From Candidatus Thorarchaeota archaeon (GTDB lineage Archaea > Asgardarchaeota > Thorarchaeia > Thorarchaeales > Thorarchaeaceae): DNA of 64,000 bases. Position 1 is the stretch's first letter. Each line of letters begins with the position of its first letter. Below, piece after piece: positions 1-9,923 of this stretch. The stretch lies in the NCBI GenBank assembly GCA_016933575.1, contig JAFGAR010000081.1, forward strand, positions 96,001 to 160,000, read 5' to 3'. The position numbers were made by a program, and so were the translations under genes. The notes beneath the pieces are model-generated. The model was not told the origin of the DNA and did not search any database. It worked only from the letters and a program-made list of their open reading frames with translations.

Positions 1-675
1 TCTCATAAGTTCCAAAGGAGACCCAAGCGCAATCAGTTTGCCCTCATCAATGATAGCAACTCTGTCACATAGTTCTTGGGCCTCTTCCATATAATGAGTT
101 GTGAGAATGATTGTCTTGCCTTGACCCTTTAGTTCACGTATGAACTCCCAGACAGCTCGTCGAGATTTAGGATCCATTGCAACTGTGGGCTCATCTAGTA
201 GAGCAATTTTGGGGTCATTGATTAATGCCATGAGCATACTGACTCTACGAATCATTCCCCCACTGTAGTCCTTAGCACGTCTATTGATGTGATCTTCCAT
301 ACCAATTTTCTCTACCATGGTCTTGATTCGTTCTTCAAGGATGTCTTTGGGAACGAGATGCATATCTCCCATGAGAGTGATGTTTTCTTTGCCTGAGAGG
401 AATCTATAGTATGCTGGCTCTTGCGGACAGACACCAATCACCTCACGAACACCTGTTGAATCAAAAACCACATCGTGTCCATCCACTATCGCTGAACCCT
501 CTGTAGGTTCAAGTAGTGTATTTAGAATATTAACGGTCGTGCTTTTTCCAGCACCATTAGGTCCGAGAATACCAAATAGCTCGCCCCAACCAATCTCAAG
601 GTTGAGATTTTCTAGAGCTGTGATATCGTCGAACCGTTTTGTAAGATTAGTTATTGTGATTGCAGATTCTGACAT
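1..675 (-). CDS. ABC transporter ATP-binding protein (DrrA/NodI-like exporter ATPase), truncated by window edge
   Basis: Manual translation from ATG at 675: MSESAITITNLTKRF...GILGPNGAGKST (Walker A), YSGGM (signature), ALLDEPT (Walker B), LTTHYMEEA (H-loop). Absent from the ORF track because it runs off the window. Confidence 0.9.
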   Translation of the reverse strand, partial: MSESAITITNLTKRFDDITALENLNLEIGWGELFGILGPNGAGKSTTVNILNTLLEPTEGSAIVDGHDVVFDSTGVREVIGVCPQEPAYYRFLSGKENITLMGDMHLVPKDILEERIKTMVEKIGMEDHINRRAKDYSGGMIRRVSMLMALINDPKIALLDEPTVAMDPKSRRAVWEFIRELKGQGKTIILTTHYMEEAQELCDRVAIIDEGKLIALGSPLELMR

Positions 676-840
676 TGTAATTCACAGAAAATAACATGTA
701 TAGAATGAATATAAGACATCGACAATCTTTGACTGACATGGTAGTCTGTGCCGCAAACTTGCTTGCCAACCAAGATGTCGATGAACGTTTAAAGGCAGGA
801 TTGCACATAGTTAATTTTCGATTGACTAGGACGGATTCAC

Positions 841-1839
841 GTGAAGATACTCATCACCGCCCCTCTCTCACAATCTGGTCTGAACATGTTATACGATGCA
901 GGTCTTGAGGTCGATTATCATAATTGGCTTGAAACCGGGAAATTGTATCTTGGAGGTTCATTGCTCTTGCTTATTGAGAAGAGTAAACCTGACATCGTAA
1001 TTGTTGAAGGGGACGAGATTAAGGATGAGATTTTGCAACGATGTTCATTGAAATTGATTGGGTCCGTCCGAAATTCCCCAAATAACATAGATGTCCTTCT
1101 TGCAACGAAGATGGGGATTCCCGTCATCTCTGCACCAGGGAGAAATACTATTGCAGTTGCTGAGCTTACTATTGCATTGATGCTATCCCAATCGAGGAAT
1201 CTAATTCGTGCAGAGCGTCTCTTAAAGACCGATTTCTTTGTAGATGATTTCAAAGACTTTGCTAATATGTACATGAATCTAAAGGGTTTCGAATTATGTA
1301 ACAAAACTGTAGGAATCATTGGCCTTGGAGCGATTGGAACAGAAGTGGCAAAGCGGCTTCAAGCTTTTGGGGTTTCTATTCTCATTTATGATCCCTATGT
1401 TACCGAAGACCGTGTTTCAGATGTGAAAGCAACTCAAGTGGATTTGAATACCCTCCTTTCAGAGGCTGATATTATCACAATACACTGCACACCTACTGAC
1501 GAAACCCTACATCTACTCGGGCCAGATGAAATAGCCTCGATGAAGAAGACTGCTTTTCTTATCAATACTGCAAGAGCATCAATTGTGGACGAAGATGCAC
1601 TCTATAACGCCCTCACGTCAAAATCCATTGCTGGAGCTGGCTTAGATGTCTTTTCTATGGAACCTGTTGATTGCGATAACAGATTTCTTGAACTTGATAA
1701 CGTAACGATCATGCCTCATATGGGTGGCAACACAGTTGAGACTATTGAGCGGCAATCTGCTTCGATTGTTACCGACATACTTACGTTCATCAAAGGTGAG
1801 CGGCCCAAGCATCTCTTGAACCCGGAGGTGTATGAGTAG
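841..1839 (+). CDS. D-isomer-specific 2-hydroxyacid dehydrogenase (SerA-like catalytic and NAD-binding domains)
   Basis: NTIAVAE, GIIGLGAIG Rossmann motif, INTARA, GLDVFSMEP, PHMGG. Confidence 0.9.
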   Translation: MKILITAPLSQSGLNMLYDAGLEVDYHNWLETGKLYLGGSLLLLIEKSKPDIVIVEGDEIKDEILQRCSLKLIGSVRNSPNNIDVLLATKMGIPVISAPGRNTIAVAELTIALMLSQSRNLIRAERLLKTDFFVDDFKDFANMYMNLKGFELCNKTVGIIGLGAIGTEVAKRLQAFGVSILIYDPYVTEDRVSDVKATQVDLNTLLSEADIITIHCTPTDETLHLLGPDEIASMKKTAFLINTARASIVDEDALYNALTSKSIAGAGLDVFSMEPVDCDNRFLELDNVTIMPHMGGNTVETIERQSASIVTDILTFIKGERPKHLLNPEVYE

Positions 1840-3339
1840 ATGGTCGTTGCTGCAATAGATGCAGGCACTACTGGTGTTCGTTGTATGGTTGTAGATTCTA
1901 CAGGACATGTTGTATCTCTTAGCCGGCGATCCTGGGAGTATACGACACCAATTGATCTTGAAATTGCTAAGGAATTTGACCCAAACCATTTCTGGCATCT
2001 CATATGTACTGTTGTGAAGGAGGCCTGCAAACAGGCAAACTTGAGCGGCCTTGAACTAGAGGCAGTATCAACGACCAGTCAAAGACATGGTTGCATCTTC
2101 CTCAACAAACTAGGGGATGAGATCTATGCTGGGCCGAATATCGATGCTCGAGGAGCTATGACACAATACATTATTGAAGAGTCCTTGGGTGAACGCTATC
2201 ATGAGATTACAGGCTGCTGGCCCCCCCTAATGTTCTCTCCATCGAGACTATCGTGGTTTGAAGAAGAAGCACCCGATGTGTTCGAATCGGTTGCTCATCT
2301 ATTACCAATCAATGACTGGATAACATACAAGCTTGCTGATGTCTTTGTGACAGATCCATCTGGAGGGAGTGGGACTGGATTCATGGACGTATCTTCTTGT
2401 GTTTGGAGTCATGAAGTAGCAGAAGCAGTTGGAATCAATCTGGACATATTACCCCAGATTCAGCATACTGGTTCTGTGGTCGGTGAAGTGACTAAGACCG
2501 CTCATAAGAAGTGCGGATTACCAAAGGGATTGCCTGTGATTCAAGGTGGTGCTGACACACAGTGTGCCCTGCTTTCAACCCAAGCACAATCTGGCGAGAT
2601 TGCAATAATTGCTGGTAGCACAGCTCCAGTCATGATGGTCATAGATGAACCATATTGCGATGCTACACAAAAAATCTGGACCTGTTGTCATGTGATACCT
2701 GGAAGATGGGTCCTAGAGAGTAATGCAACTCTGACTGGTGCTTATCTTCAATGGGTTGTAAATCTTCTCTGCGAACGCGCAAATTCACCTAAGGAATGCG
2801 TGACGACGACTCTCTCCAATCTTGACAATATCCTGGCTGATATTCCTCCCGGAAGCAATGAAACGTTTGTTGCCCTTGGTCCAAGTATTATGGATTGCCA
2901 AAGAATCACGGATGTAAAGCAGGCAAAGATGGTATTTCCACAACCTGTCCTGCCACAAGTGATCCCTCTTAATTCAGCTCGCTTCATTCATGCGGTCCTT
3001 GAAAATATTGCATATGCTACTAGAGGAAATTGCGAACAATTAGAAGAGTATCGTCAGGCGACTTGCATTAAGACAATCGGTGGCATGACACAATCCAGAA
3101 TCTGGCCTGATATGCTAGCAAATGTTCTTGGACGACAAATACACACCCCACTTCAGGCTGAAGGAAGTCTTCTAGGAGCTGCAATATGCGCAGCAACTGG
3201 CATAGGTCATTACTCTAGCTTAATGGATGCTGCAAAAGCTATGGTCCAGTGGAAACCAATTAGTAATCCAGATGATAGAGCGGACCTTTACAGATCCTAT
3301 TATTCCAAGTGGACCAATATGTACTGCGAAGGTGATTGA
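1840..3339 (+). CDS. FGGY-family carbohydrate kinase (LsrK/xylulokinase-like)
   Basis: AIDAGTTGVR phosphate-1 motif, TTSQRHG, GGADTQCA, IIAGS, IGGMTQS; abuts upstream stop (TAG-ATG). Confidence 0.9.
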   Translation: MVVAAIDAGTTGVRCMVVDSTGHVVSLSRRSWEYTTPIDLEIAKEFDPNHFWHLICTVVKEACKQANLSGLELEAVSTTSQRHGCIFLNKLGDEIYAGPNIDARGAMTQYIIEESLGERYHEITGCWPPLMFSPSRLSWFEEEAPDVFESVAHLLPINDWITYKLADVFVTDPSGGSGTGFMDVSSCVWSHEVAEAVGINLDILPQIQHTGSVVGEVTKTAHKKCGLPKGLPVIQGGADTQCALLSTQAQSGEIAIIAGSTAPVMMVIDEPYCDATQKIWTCCHVIPGRWVLESNATLTGAYLQWVVNLLCERANSPKECVTTTLSNLDNILADIPPGSNETFVALGPSIMDCQRITDVKQAKMVFPQPVLPQVIPLNSARFIHAVLENIAYATRGNCEQLEEYRQATCIKTIGGMTQSRIWPDMLANVLGRQIHTPLQAEGSLLGAAICAATGIGHYSSLMDAAKAMVQWKPISNPDDRADLYRSYYSKWTNMYCEGD

Positions 3340-3977
3340 TTTTGTACGAGGATGTAAAAAAGGAATTGCTAGATATCTGTTTACAGATGATAAAGAACAA
3401 TCTTGTCATTGGATCATCTGGTAATATTAGTGTGCGCGTAGAAGACCATGTCGTCATAACTCCTAGTTCTGTTCATTACACAGAGATGTCTTCTGAGGAC
3501 ATGGTTGTTCTAGATTTGAATGGCAAAGTCCTTGAAGGTGCAAGGAATCCGAGTGTAGAGCATCCTATGCACCTTGAACTCTACAACACTCGTGATGATA
3601 CAAAAGCAGTTGTTCATACACATAGTCTCTATGCCTCAGCAATGGCAGTATTGAACGAACCTTTACCCCCAATAATAGATGAGACTGTGCCAAAACTTGG
3701 TTCTCATATTCGGGTGAGCAAGTATGCTATGCCCGGGACCAAACAACTTGGTGCTAATGTTCGAGATGCCATAGAAGAGAGAAGTGCTGCACTTATAGCA
3801 AATCATGGTGCCGTCTGCATTGCCAAGACCCTCAAAGAGGCGCTCTTTCTTGCCATTCTATTGGAACGCACATGCAAGATATACATGCTAGCAAAACAGG
3901 TTGGAACACCAAGGCTTCTGCCAGATGATGTAGTTGAAGATGAACAAGAAATTTGGGAAATGATGCGAGGGTATTAG
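3336..3977 (+). CDS. Class II aldolase/adducin family protein (FucA-like)
   Basis: GSSGNISVR, ITPS, PSVEHPMHL, VVHTHS, LIANHG metal ligands. Confidence 0.9.
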   Translation: MILYEDVKKELLDICLQMIKNNLVIGSSGNISVRVEDHVVITPSSVHYTEMSSEDMVVLDLNGKVLEGARNPSVEHPMHLELYNTRDDTKAVVHTHSLYASAMAVLNEPLPPIIDETVPKLGSHIRVSKYAMPGTKQLGANVRDAIEERSAALIANHGAVCIAKTLKEALFLAILLERTCKIYMLAKQVGTPRLLPDDVVEDEQEIWEMMRGY

Positions 3978-5759
3978 ATGAATGGTTATCAGGGGCATAT
4001 CCTAGCAGCTGATTTGTCTAAGGACGAAATTCATAGTATCCCAATTGATGAAAATATAGCCAAAGCCTTTGTGGGGGGGAGTGGGTATGCAAGCTATTTA
4101 CTGAATTATCTGTTGAATCCAAAATCCGACCCTCTTGGTCCCGAGAATATGCTTCTTTTCATGACTGGTCCATTAACTGGAACACTTGCTCCCTGCACTG
4201 GACGTCATGTTGTATGTGGAAAGTCTCCTATTACTGGACTCTGGGGAGAGTCGCACGCTGGGGGACACTTTGGGGCGCAGATGAAGGCAGCTGGTGTTGA
4301 TGGAATACTAATTACTGGTACTTCTAAAAAACCAGTCATTCTTCAAATCTATAATAGAGATGCAGAGATTCTTGATGCTACAGACCTCTGGGGAATGGAT
4401 ACTGAAGAGACCCAGAAGCATCTAAAGAAAGAGAATAAGCGATCACAAGTTTCCTGCATCGGACAAGCTGGAGAGAATCTCGTCAAGTATGCGAGTATTG
4501 TAAATGATGAACGAGTAGCAGCGCGATGTGGTCTCGGTGCAGTCATGGGCTCGAAGAAGCTGAAGGCAATAATAGTACAAGGCGACCTAAGCACACCTCT
4601 AGGTACCTTGGATGAATTCAATGCACTAGCCCTCTCTTCCTCGAAAATTCTTGGTGAAGCAATGTCGATGCTTCGTGATCAGGGTACTGCAATGTATGTT
4701 GATATTGGAATGATGTTCAATGACATTCCTATTAGATACTTCCAAGATGTAGAGTTTGATGATATTGATCTTATCAATGCTGGTGCAATAGGGGATATCT
4801 TGACTGGTAGAATTGCATGTCATTCATGTCCGATTGGTTGTGGAAGAAAGGTCTCAATTCCAGATTCACCTCTTGAGAACATCGCTGGACCTGAATACCA
4901 GACAATAGCAGCATTTGGTACAAATCTGTTGATTTCGGATCTGAAGAAGATAGTTCTCATGAACCGTCTATGCAATCAATATGGGATGGATACCATCAGC
5001 TGCGGAAGTACTATAGCTCTTGCAACGCAGCTCTCAAAGATTGGAAAAGCTAACTATGATTTACAATGGGATGATGCTGATAGAGTAATTGAGCTCATTC
5101 ACCATATAGCACAGCGCAAGGGAATTGGGGATATCCTCGCTGAAGGGTCTCTTGCACTAGGCAAGAAGCACGATGCAGAAAACATGGTCCTTCATGTTAA
5201 TGGCCTTGAGATTCCAAATCATGACCCTCGAGCTTTCTCTGGAATGGCTACAGTGTACGTAATGGCATCCCGTGGAGCAACTCATCTAGAGGGCGATATG
5301 TATAGCGTTGATATGGGTGCTGACGTTAGAGAGCTTGGAATCACTAGCGGGGATAGATTGGAGAACCACGGTAAGGGGTCGATTGCAGCAAGAGCTCAAG
5401 ACTTCAGAGCCTTTTTTGACTCAGTTATAATGTGTCACTTTGCTATAGTTCCTCCTCAGAAGATTATTGATTTACTTAATCTAGCAATCGGGCAGTCATA
5501 CACACTGGAGGATCTATTGAAAATTGGTGCACGCTCTGTTACAATGAAACGCATCTTCAATCTACGTGCCGGTCTTACACCTCAAAATGAGAAATTGCCT
5601 CAAGCCCTTCTTACTCCTCAAGCAGATAGCGTTACAGACGATTTTATCCCTGACCTGGATCTTCAACTAGAAGACTACTATAAATATAGAAAATGGGATC
5701 AGCTCACTGGAAGACCCACTAAAGAAGCCTTGCATGAACTTGGACTTGATATCAACTAG
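3978..5759 (+). CDS. aor: Aldehyde:ferredoxin oxidoreductase family (tungstopterin) protein
   Basis: KSPITG..ESHAGG, IGQAGE, GLGAVMGSKKLKAI, CHSCPIGC Fe-S motif, PEYQT, GMDTIS. Confidence 0.9.
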   Translation: MNGYQGHILAADLSKDEIHSIPIDENIAKAFVGGSGYASYLLNYLLNPKSDPLGPENMLLFMTGPLTGTLAPCTGRHVVCGKSPITGLWGESHAGGHFGAQMKAAGVDGILITGTSKKPVILQIYNRDAEILDATDLWGMDTEETQKHLKKENKRSQVSCIGQAGENLVKYASIVNDERVAARCGLGAVMGSKKLKAIIVQGDLSTPLGTLDEFNALALSSSKILGEAMSMLRDQGTAMYVDIGMMFNDIPIRYFQDVEFDDIDLINAGAIGDILTGRIACHSCPIGCGRKVSIPDSPLENIAGPEYQTIAAFGTNLLISDLKKIVLMNRLCNQYGMDTISCGSTIALATQLSKIGKANYDLQWDDADRVIELIHHIAQRKGIGDILAEGSLALGKKHDAENMVLHVNGLEIPNHDPRAFSGMATVYVMASRGATHLEGDMYSVDMGADVRELGITSGDRLENHGKGSIAARAQDFRAFFDSVIMCHFAIVPPQKIIDLLNLAIGQSYTLEDLLKIGARSVTMKRIFNLRAGLTPQNEKLPQALLTPQADSVTDDFIPDLDLQLEDYYKYRKWDQLTGRPTKEALHELGLDIN

Positions 5760-5765
5760 TAGTAG

Positions 5766-6104
5766 TTATGCTTTCAAGAGATGCTGCAATTTCATAAGAT
5801 CCTTGGCTGGTCCATCTGCTTTGATTCTCCCACTCATGAACGCTCGCATTGCAGAGAGATTACCACCGAGAATATCGATGATAGTCTTACTATCAGTCTT
5901 GATAGTCATATCCGGAGATGCCGGTGCCCCTTTTTCAACCACTCCTTTACCATCTCTAAATATGACAGATATATCGATGTTCAGATCACTAAAAGTCATC
6001 ATGAGACTCTTGTTATAGCCCTGAAAACGTTTCTCCATCTTTGGATCTTCAGTCCTTCTAATCATCTCATGAATGGCTGTCAGAAGTTCTTCCTCTGTTA
6101 CCAT
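5766..6104 (-). CDS. Stand-alone SCP2 sterol/lipid-binding domain protein
   Basis: PDMTI...G.LSAMRAFMSGRIKADG...LMKL matches the SCP2 C-terminal signature; start placed at ATG 6104. Confidence 0.85.
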   Translation of the reverse strand: MVTEEELLTAIHEMIRRTEDPKMEKRFQGYNKSLMMTFSDLNIDISVIFRDGKGVVEKGAPASPDMTIKTDSKTIIDILGGNLSAMRAFMSGRIKADGPAKDLMKLQHLLKA

Positions 6105-6219
6105 AGACTGCAATCTCCCAACATACTGAATAGACCATATCTTTGCGAACTACTAAGGTTTAACGTGGTGATGCATCTTCCGGTAGCTTATTCCGCAGGA
6201 ATACTTGCACTCACGATAG

Positions 6220-7155
6220 GTGTTGACCTTACAATCTCTACTAGAAACTACACTTCAATTTGGCCAATTCTATGGATTTATTGTAATTGGTTATCTAGTG
6301 GCTAAACTATCAGGAAAAGGAAAAGAGGTTAACAGGCATCTAAATTCGCTATTAGTCAATATTCTTGTCCCTGTCCTATTCATCTACACCCTCCTTACTG
6401 CCTCCCTGACAACTATGTCCGAAATTCCCTTGATCATTGTTATTGCTATCTTTGTCCATATCTTAGGACCAATTTTAATGTACATTCGATTGTGGGGTCG
6501 AAATCTTGACGAATCAACCAAGGGTGTTTTCTATATCTGTGTGACTTTCAACAATGCACTCTTCATTCCTCTTCCACTTGTTCTGATGTTCCTTGGAGCA
6601 TCATGGATTCCAGTAGTAATCATTTTTTCATTAACTCAGATGACATTGTTGGCAACACTTGGTTCTTTTATGGGAGCTATTTTTGGAGGAAAGGATTCTA
6701 GCTATCAAAAAGTAGTGAAAGATGCACTCACATTTCCGCCATTCATTGCAGCAATAATTGGTGTATTCCTTCTAATAATCAATATTCATATTCCCTTTGA
6801 GATTGCCAGTCTCCTCTCATATACTGGTCCTCTGACTACCTATCTCTCATTGATCGCAGTGGGGCTTGCTATCGGCGTACGGTTCTCGCTTGTAGAGGTT
6901 CGGTCTGTTCTAGAAGTCATAGGCATTCGGCAAATACTGGTTCCCTTTATCGTGTTTCCCATCATCCTTCTATCTAGACTCTCACAAATCCCTGCAGCAA
7001 TCATCATGCTCGAGGCTATGATGCCTCCTGCTGTTCTCACAGTGGTTTATGCAACTAGCTTCAATCTCGATGCTGAGAAGGCTGCCACAATTGTAACAGT
7101 AGGAACTCTCTTCCTCTTACCCTTCATACCAATCATTCCCTTACTACTGGCTTGA
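6220..7155 (+). CDS. AEC (auxin efflux carrier / malate permease) family transporter
   Basis: About 10 hydrophobic segments, FNNALFIPLP, EAMMPPAV...A..F. Confidence 0.8.
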   Translation: MLTLQSLLETTLQFGQFYGFIVIGYLVAKLSGKGKEVNRHLNSLLVNILVPVLFIYTLLTASLTTMSEIPLIIVIAIFVHILGPILMYIRLWGRNLDESTKGVFYICVTFNNALFIPLPLVLMFLGASWIPVVIIFSLTQMTLLATLGSFMGAIFGGKDSSYQKVVKDALTFPPFIAAIIGVFLLIINIHIPFEIASLLSYTGPLTTYLSLIAVGLAIGVRFSLVEVRSVLEVIGIRQILVPFIVFPIILLSRLSQIPAAIIMLEAMMPPAVLTVVYATSFNLDAEKAATIVTVGTLFLLPFIPIIPLLLA

Positions 7156-7529
7156 TAAATTACCCAATCTTAAGGCATATATTGCCTACCGAGTGTGGTA
7201 TCTATGAGTTGTCTAACTTGGGTAAACATGAAACTCGAGATCCTAAAGAGATTAGAGAATCATTAGATGATCTTGTTGATAAGCTAAATCAAGACACTGA
7301 TTCTAGTGAGAGTTGGAATGAATCAGTAGCATCAAACAAGGAAGAGTGGGAATCACTTAAGATTAGAATCGGAGAACGTCAAAGAGAACTCAAACAATTA
7401 GTAACTGATAAAAAAGCAGGACTCATCGGAATTGATGAGTTCAATGAGAAATATCATAGACTTCAGGATGAACTTACTGAATTGGAAACTACCGTTTATA
7501 ATATGCGGCTAGGAACTCATGTCGAATAA
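7152..7529 (+). CDS. Small coiled-coil hypothetical protein (start uncertain)
   Basis: Charged heptads and a SHOCT-like GLIGIDEFNEKY segment. Confidence 0.55.
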   Translation: MINYPILRHILPTECGIYELSNLGKHETRDPKEIRESLDDLVDKLNQDTDSSESWNESVASNKEEWESLKIRIGERQRELKQLVTDKKAGLIGIDEFNEKYHRLQDELTELETTVYNMRLGTHVE

Positions 7530-7535
7530 TTCCTA

Positions 7536-8600
7536 TTACTCTGCTCTAGCTCTTTGAATAAGAAGAACTGCTTCGATGGTTGCAATCACTCCAAGAACCC
7601 CTGAGAATACAATCAATCCAAAATTAACTGTTTGATCTGCAAGTTTTCCAGACCGCCCCTCAATTCCAGAAACAAGAGCTCCTAAATTATATGTCATTAT
7701 TGAAAAATAGTCTGAAATCTCATAGAACACAGTCTTCCACCATATCAGAGTCCCTCCATAGTCTTCCTGAATCTGGTAGGCAAACTCTCCACCTGCCTGA
7801 TATTGGGCAACATCTGAACCTAGAATTAATGTGACTGTACCATTTTTCAGGGCTGATTGAACTTCCAATAGTTTTCCACCAGACAAGGTGATGTCTTCAA
7901 CTTGGAGGACTGCATCACATTGGATACCAAATGCCTCCGCCACATATGCTTCTGCAGGTGCTACAACGATTGCTCGCATCTGTGAAAATCCATGAATCTC
8001 ATCAAGAGAATCAATCAAGGTATCAAGGCTGTTCATTTTCTCTATGAACGCGTTGAAATTACTATCCCAATAAACAGACAGTGTGGAGTTCAATGTAGTG
8101 AGTGCATATCGGGTTGCGTTCCCAATAGCAATTGCATTCTCCGGAAGCAGCCAATAAGCATGTGGATTTCCACTATCCCCATGTTCATCCTCTCCAATTG
8201 TGCTGCCCCCAGGCATTGGTGAGAGTTCTGCTCCGTAATCCTTATAGCTCTCCCACGCATTGATATCATCCAGTGTAATATATGGTGTTGCCGTCTGATT
8301 GGCTAGCTCTTCTTCCCAGTGAAAATGCCCTGACAGGACCAATAAGTCTGCATCATTTGCTATTTGCAAGGTAAGAGGAGTTATTGTAAAAGCATGCGGA
8401 TCGGTTTCTTGATTAAGGAGTATCGAGATATTGATCAGATCTCCTCCAATCTCTTCAACTATGCCTGAAAGAGACGCAACAGATACCGCAACATTATGGA
8501 CAGGTTGGGTCTGTGCTTGAACTTCCATGGAACCTCCTCCTATCATGAGTGTAATAAATAACAATACTAATGGAAAAACGACGGCTTTTCTGCACTTCAT
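7536..8600 (-). CDS. Cluster A-I (ZnuA/TroA-like) metal ABC transporter substrate-binding protein, membrane anchored
   Basis: Signal peptide from ATG 8600 (MKCRKAVV...), DPHAF, NPHAYWL, C-terminal TM helix. Confidence 0.85.
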   Translation of the reverse strand: MKCRKAVVFPLVLLFITLMIGGGSMEVQAQTQPVHNVAVSVASLSGIVEEIGGDLINISILLNQETDPHAFTITPLTLQIANDADLLVLSGHFHWEEELANQTATPYITLDDINAWESYKDYGAELSPMPGGSTIGEDEHGDSGNPHAYWLLPENAIAIGNATRYALTTLNSTLSVYWDSNFNAFIEKMNSLDTLIDSLDEIHGFSQMRAIVVAPAEAYVAEAFGIQCDAVLQVEDITLSGGKLLEVQSALKNGTVTLILGSDVAQYQAGGEFAYQIQEDYGGTLIWWKTVFYEISDYFSIMTYNLGALVSGIEGRSGKLADQTVNFGLIVFSGVLGVIATIEAVLLIQRARAE

Positions 8601-8721
8601 AACAATCACTTTTGTAATCCTAATAAGAGGGGACTCATGCATTTTAACAGCTCCTTCTGAAATATTATTAAGGATTATGAAATAGTTACTAACTCAATTA
8701 GCGAGATATCTGGTGGTCATC

Positions 8722-9120
8722 ATGCCAATTGTAGCAATCTCTATGTCTGAATCCGATCTTGATGAGCTTGAGCGACTTCAAAATGAAGGGCAGTTCTCAA
8801 ATAGATCTGAGGTTGTTCGACACGCTGTGCATACTTTGATGTCCAGACATCGTAATATTGAACGGGCTGCAGGGATGATAACAGCAGTTGTCACTGCACT
8901 TTACTACAAGAAAGGACAAGGTCACAATATCAGTGCTGTACAACACCAGTATCGAGAATATCTCACTGCTACAATTCATGCTCATACGACAGAGGGCAAT
9001 TGCACAGAAGTCATGATCATCGACGCGGACGCAGATGTAGTACGAAAATTTCTCAAGAAGTTGAGGTCTCAGAAGAAAGTACTACGGGTTGATGTGAATC
9101 TTGTCGGAGGTGGTCATTGA
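8722..9120 (+). CDS. nikR: NikR-family ribbon-helix-helix metal-responsive regulator
   Basis: N-terminal RHH (IVAISM...NRSEVVRHAV) and C-terminal QH...HAH...C.E high-affinity metal-site pattern. Confidence 0.85.
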   Translation: MPIVAISMSESDLDELERLQNEGQFSNRSEVVRHAVHTLMSRHRNIERAAGMITAVVTALYYKKGQGHNISAVQHQYREYLTATIHAHTTEGNCTEVMIIDADADVVRKFLKKLRSQKKVLRVDVNLVGGGH

Positions 9121-9923
9121 TGAAAGCACCTCCTTTGATTGAAGCAAATGATCTAGCTGTACGATATCCCAACGGAGAACTCGCTCTCCATCATGTGACA
9201 TTTCGCATTGACTCTCCTAGTTTTACTGCTATCATTGGACCAAATGGTTCTGGCAAATCCACCTTGGTCAAGACAGCTCTTGGTTTGATCAAACCCTCCA
9301 GGGGAACAATTAGTGTGAATGGATATGACTCCGTGAAGAAGGCAGGTAAGATACGAAAGATGGTCCGATATGTGCCGCAACGTGATCGAATCGAGCTGGC
9401 TGTACCCATGAAAGTGAAAGATATCGTTCTAATGGGGCGACTTCTCAAGAAGCTTCCACCTCGATTCGCTACATCTAAAGACATCACTGCGGCAAAGGAA
9501 GCATTGCGCGAGGTCAACATGGAAGCCCTTTGGGACCGTCCCTTTCCTGAATTATCTGGTGGACAAAGACAGCGTGTGTTGGTCGCTCGCGCTCTAGCAA
9601 GCGAGGGTTCAATATTAGTCCTTGACGAACCTCTGACAGGCACTGATGTTGAGAGTCAAGACCTCATTGTAGAGGCCCTCGGTCGTTATCACAAGGAGAA
9701 TGATGTGAGTATCATAATGATTACTCACGACCTTAACCCAATACATACATTGGTTCAAGATGTAATTCTTCTCAAGAATACAATTGTTGGAATCGGAGAA
9801 CCTTGCTCGGTAATGGATCCAGAGCTTATCAAGAAAGTCTATGGACCTACTGCTCAAATTGTGGAATATTCCGGTCATAAGTACTGCATGACCCGTGACT
9901 CAGGATTGGATCGCCATGATTGA
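9117..9923 (+). CDS. Metal ABC transporter ATPase (ZnuC-like)
   Basis: GPNGSGKST, YVPQ, LSGGQRQR, LDEP, ITHD. Confidence 0.9.
   Translation: MMKAPPLIEANDLAVRYPNGELALHHVTFRIDSPSFTAIIGPNGSGKSTLVKTALGLIKPSRGTISVNGYDSVKKAGKIRKMVRYVPQRDRIELAVPMKVKDIVLMGRLLKKLPPRFATSKDITAAKEALREVNMEALWDRPFPELSGGQRQRVLVARALASEGSILVLDEPLTGTDVESQDLIVEALGRYHKENDVSIIMITHDLNPIHTLVQDVILLKNTIVGIGEPCSVMDPELIKKVYGPTAQIVEYSGHKYCMTRDSGLDRHD

Noticed and set aside
696-908. 70-aa ORF in the divergent promoter region
   Set aside because: Overlaps the dehydrogenase start in another frame and has no recognisable motif.
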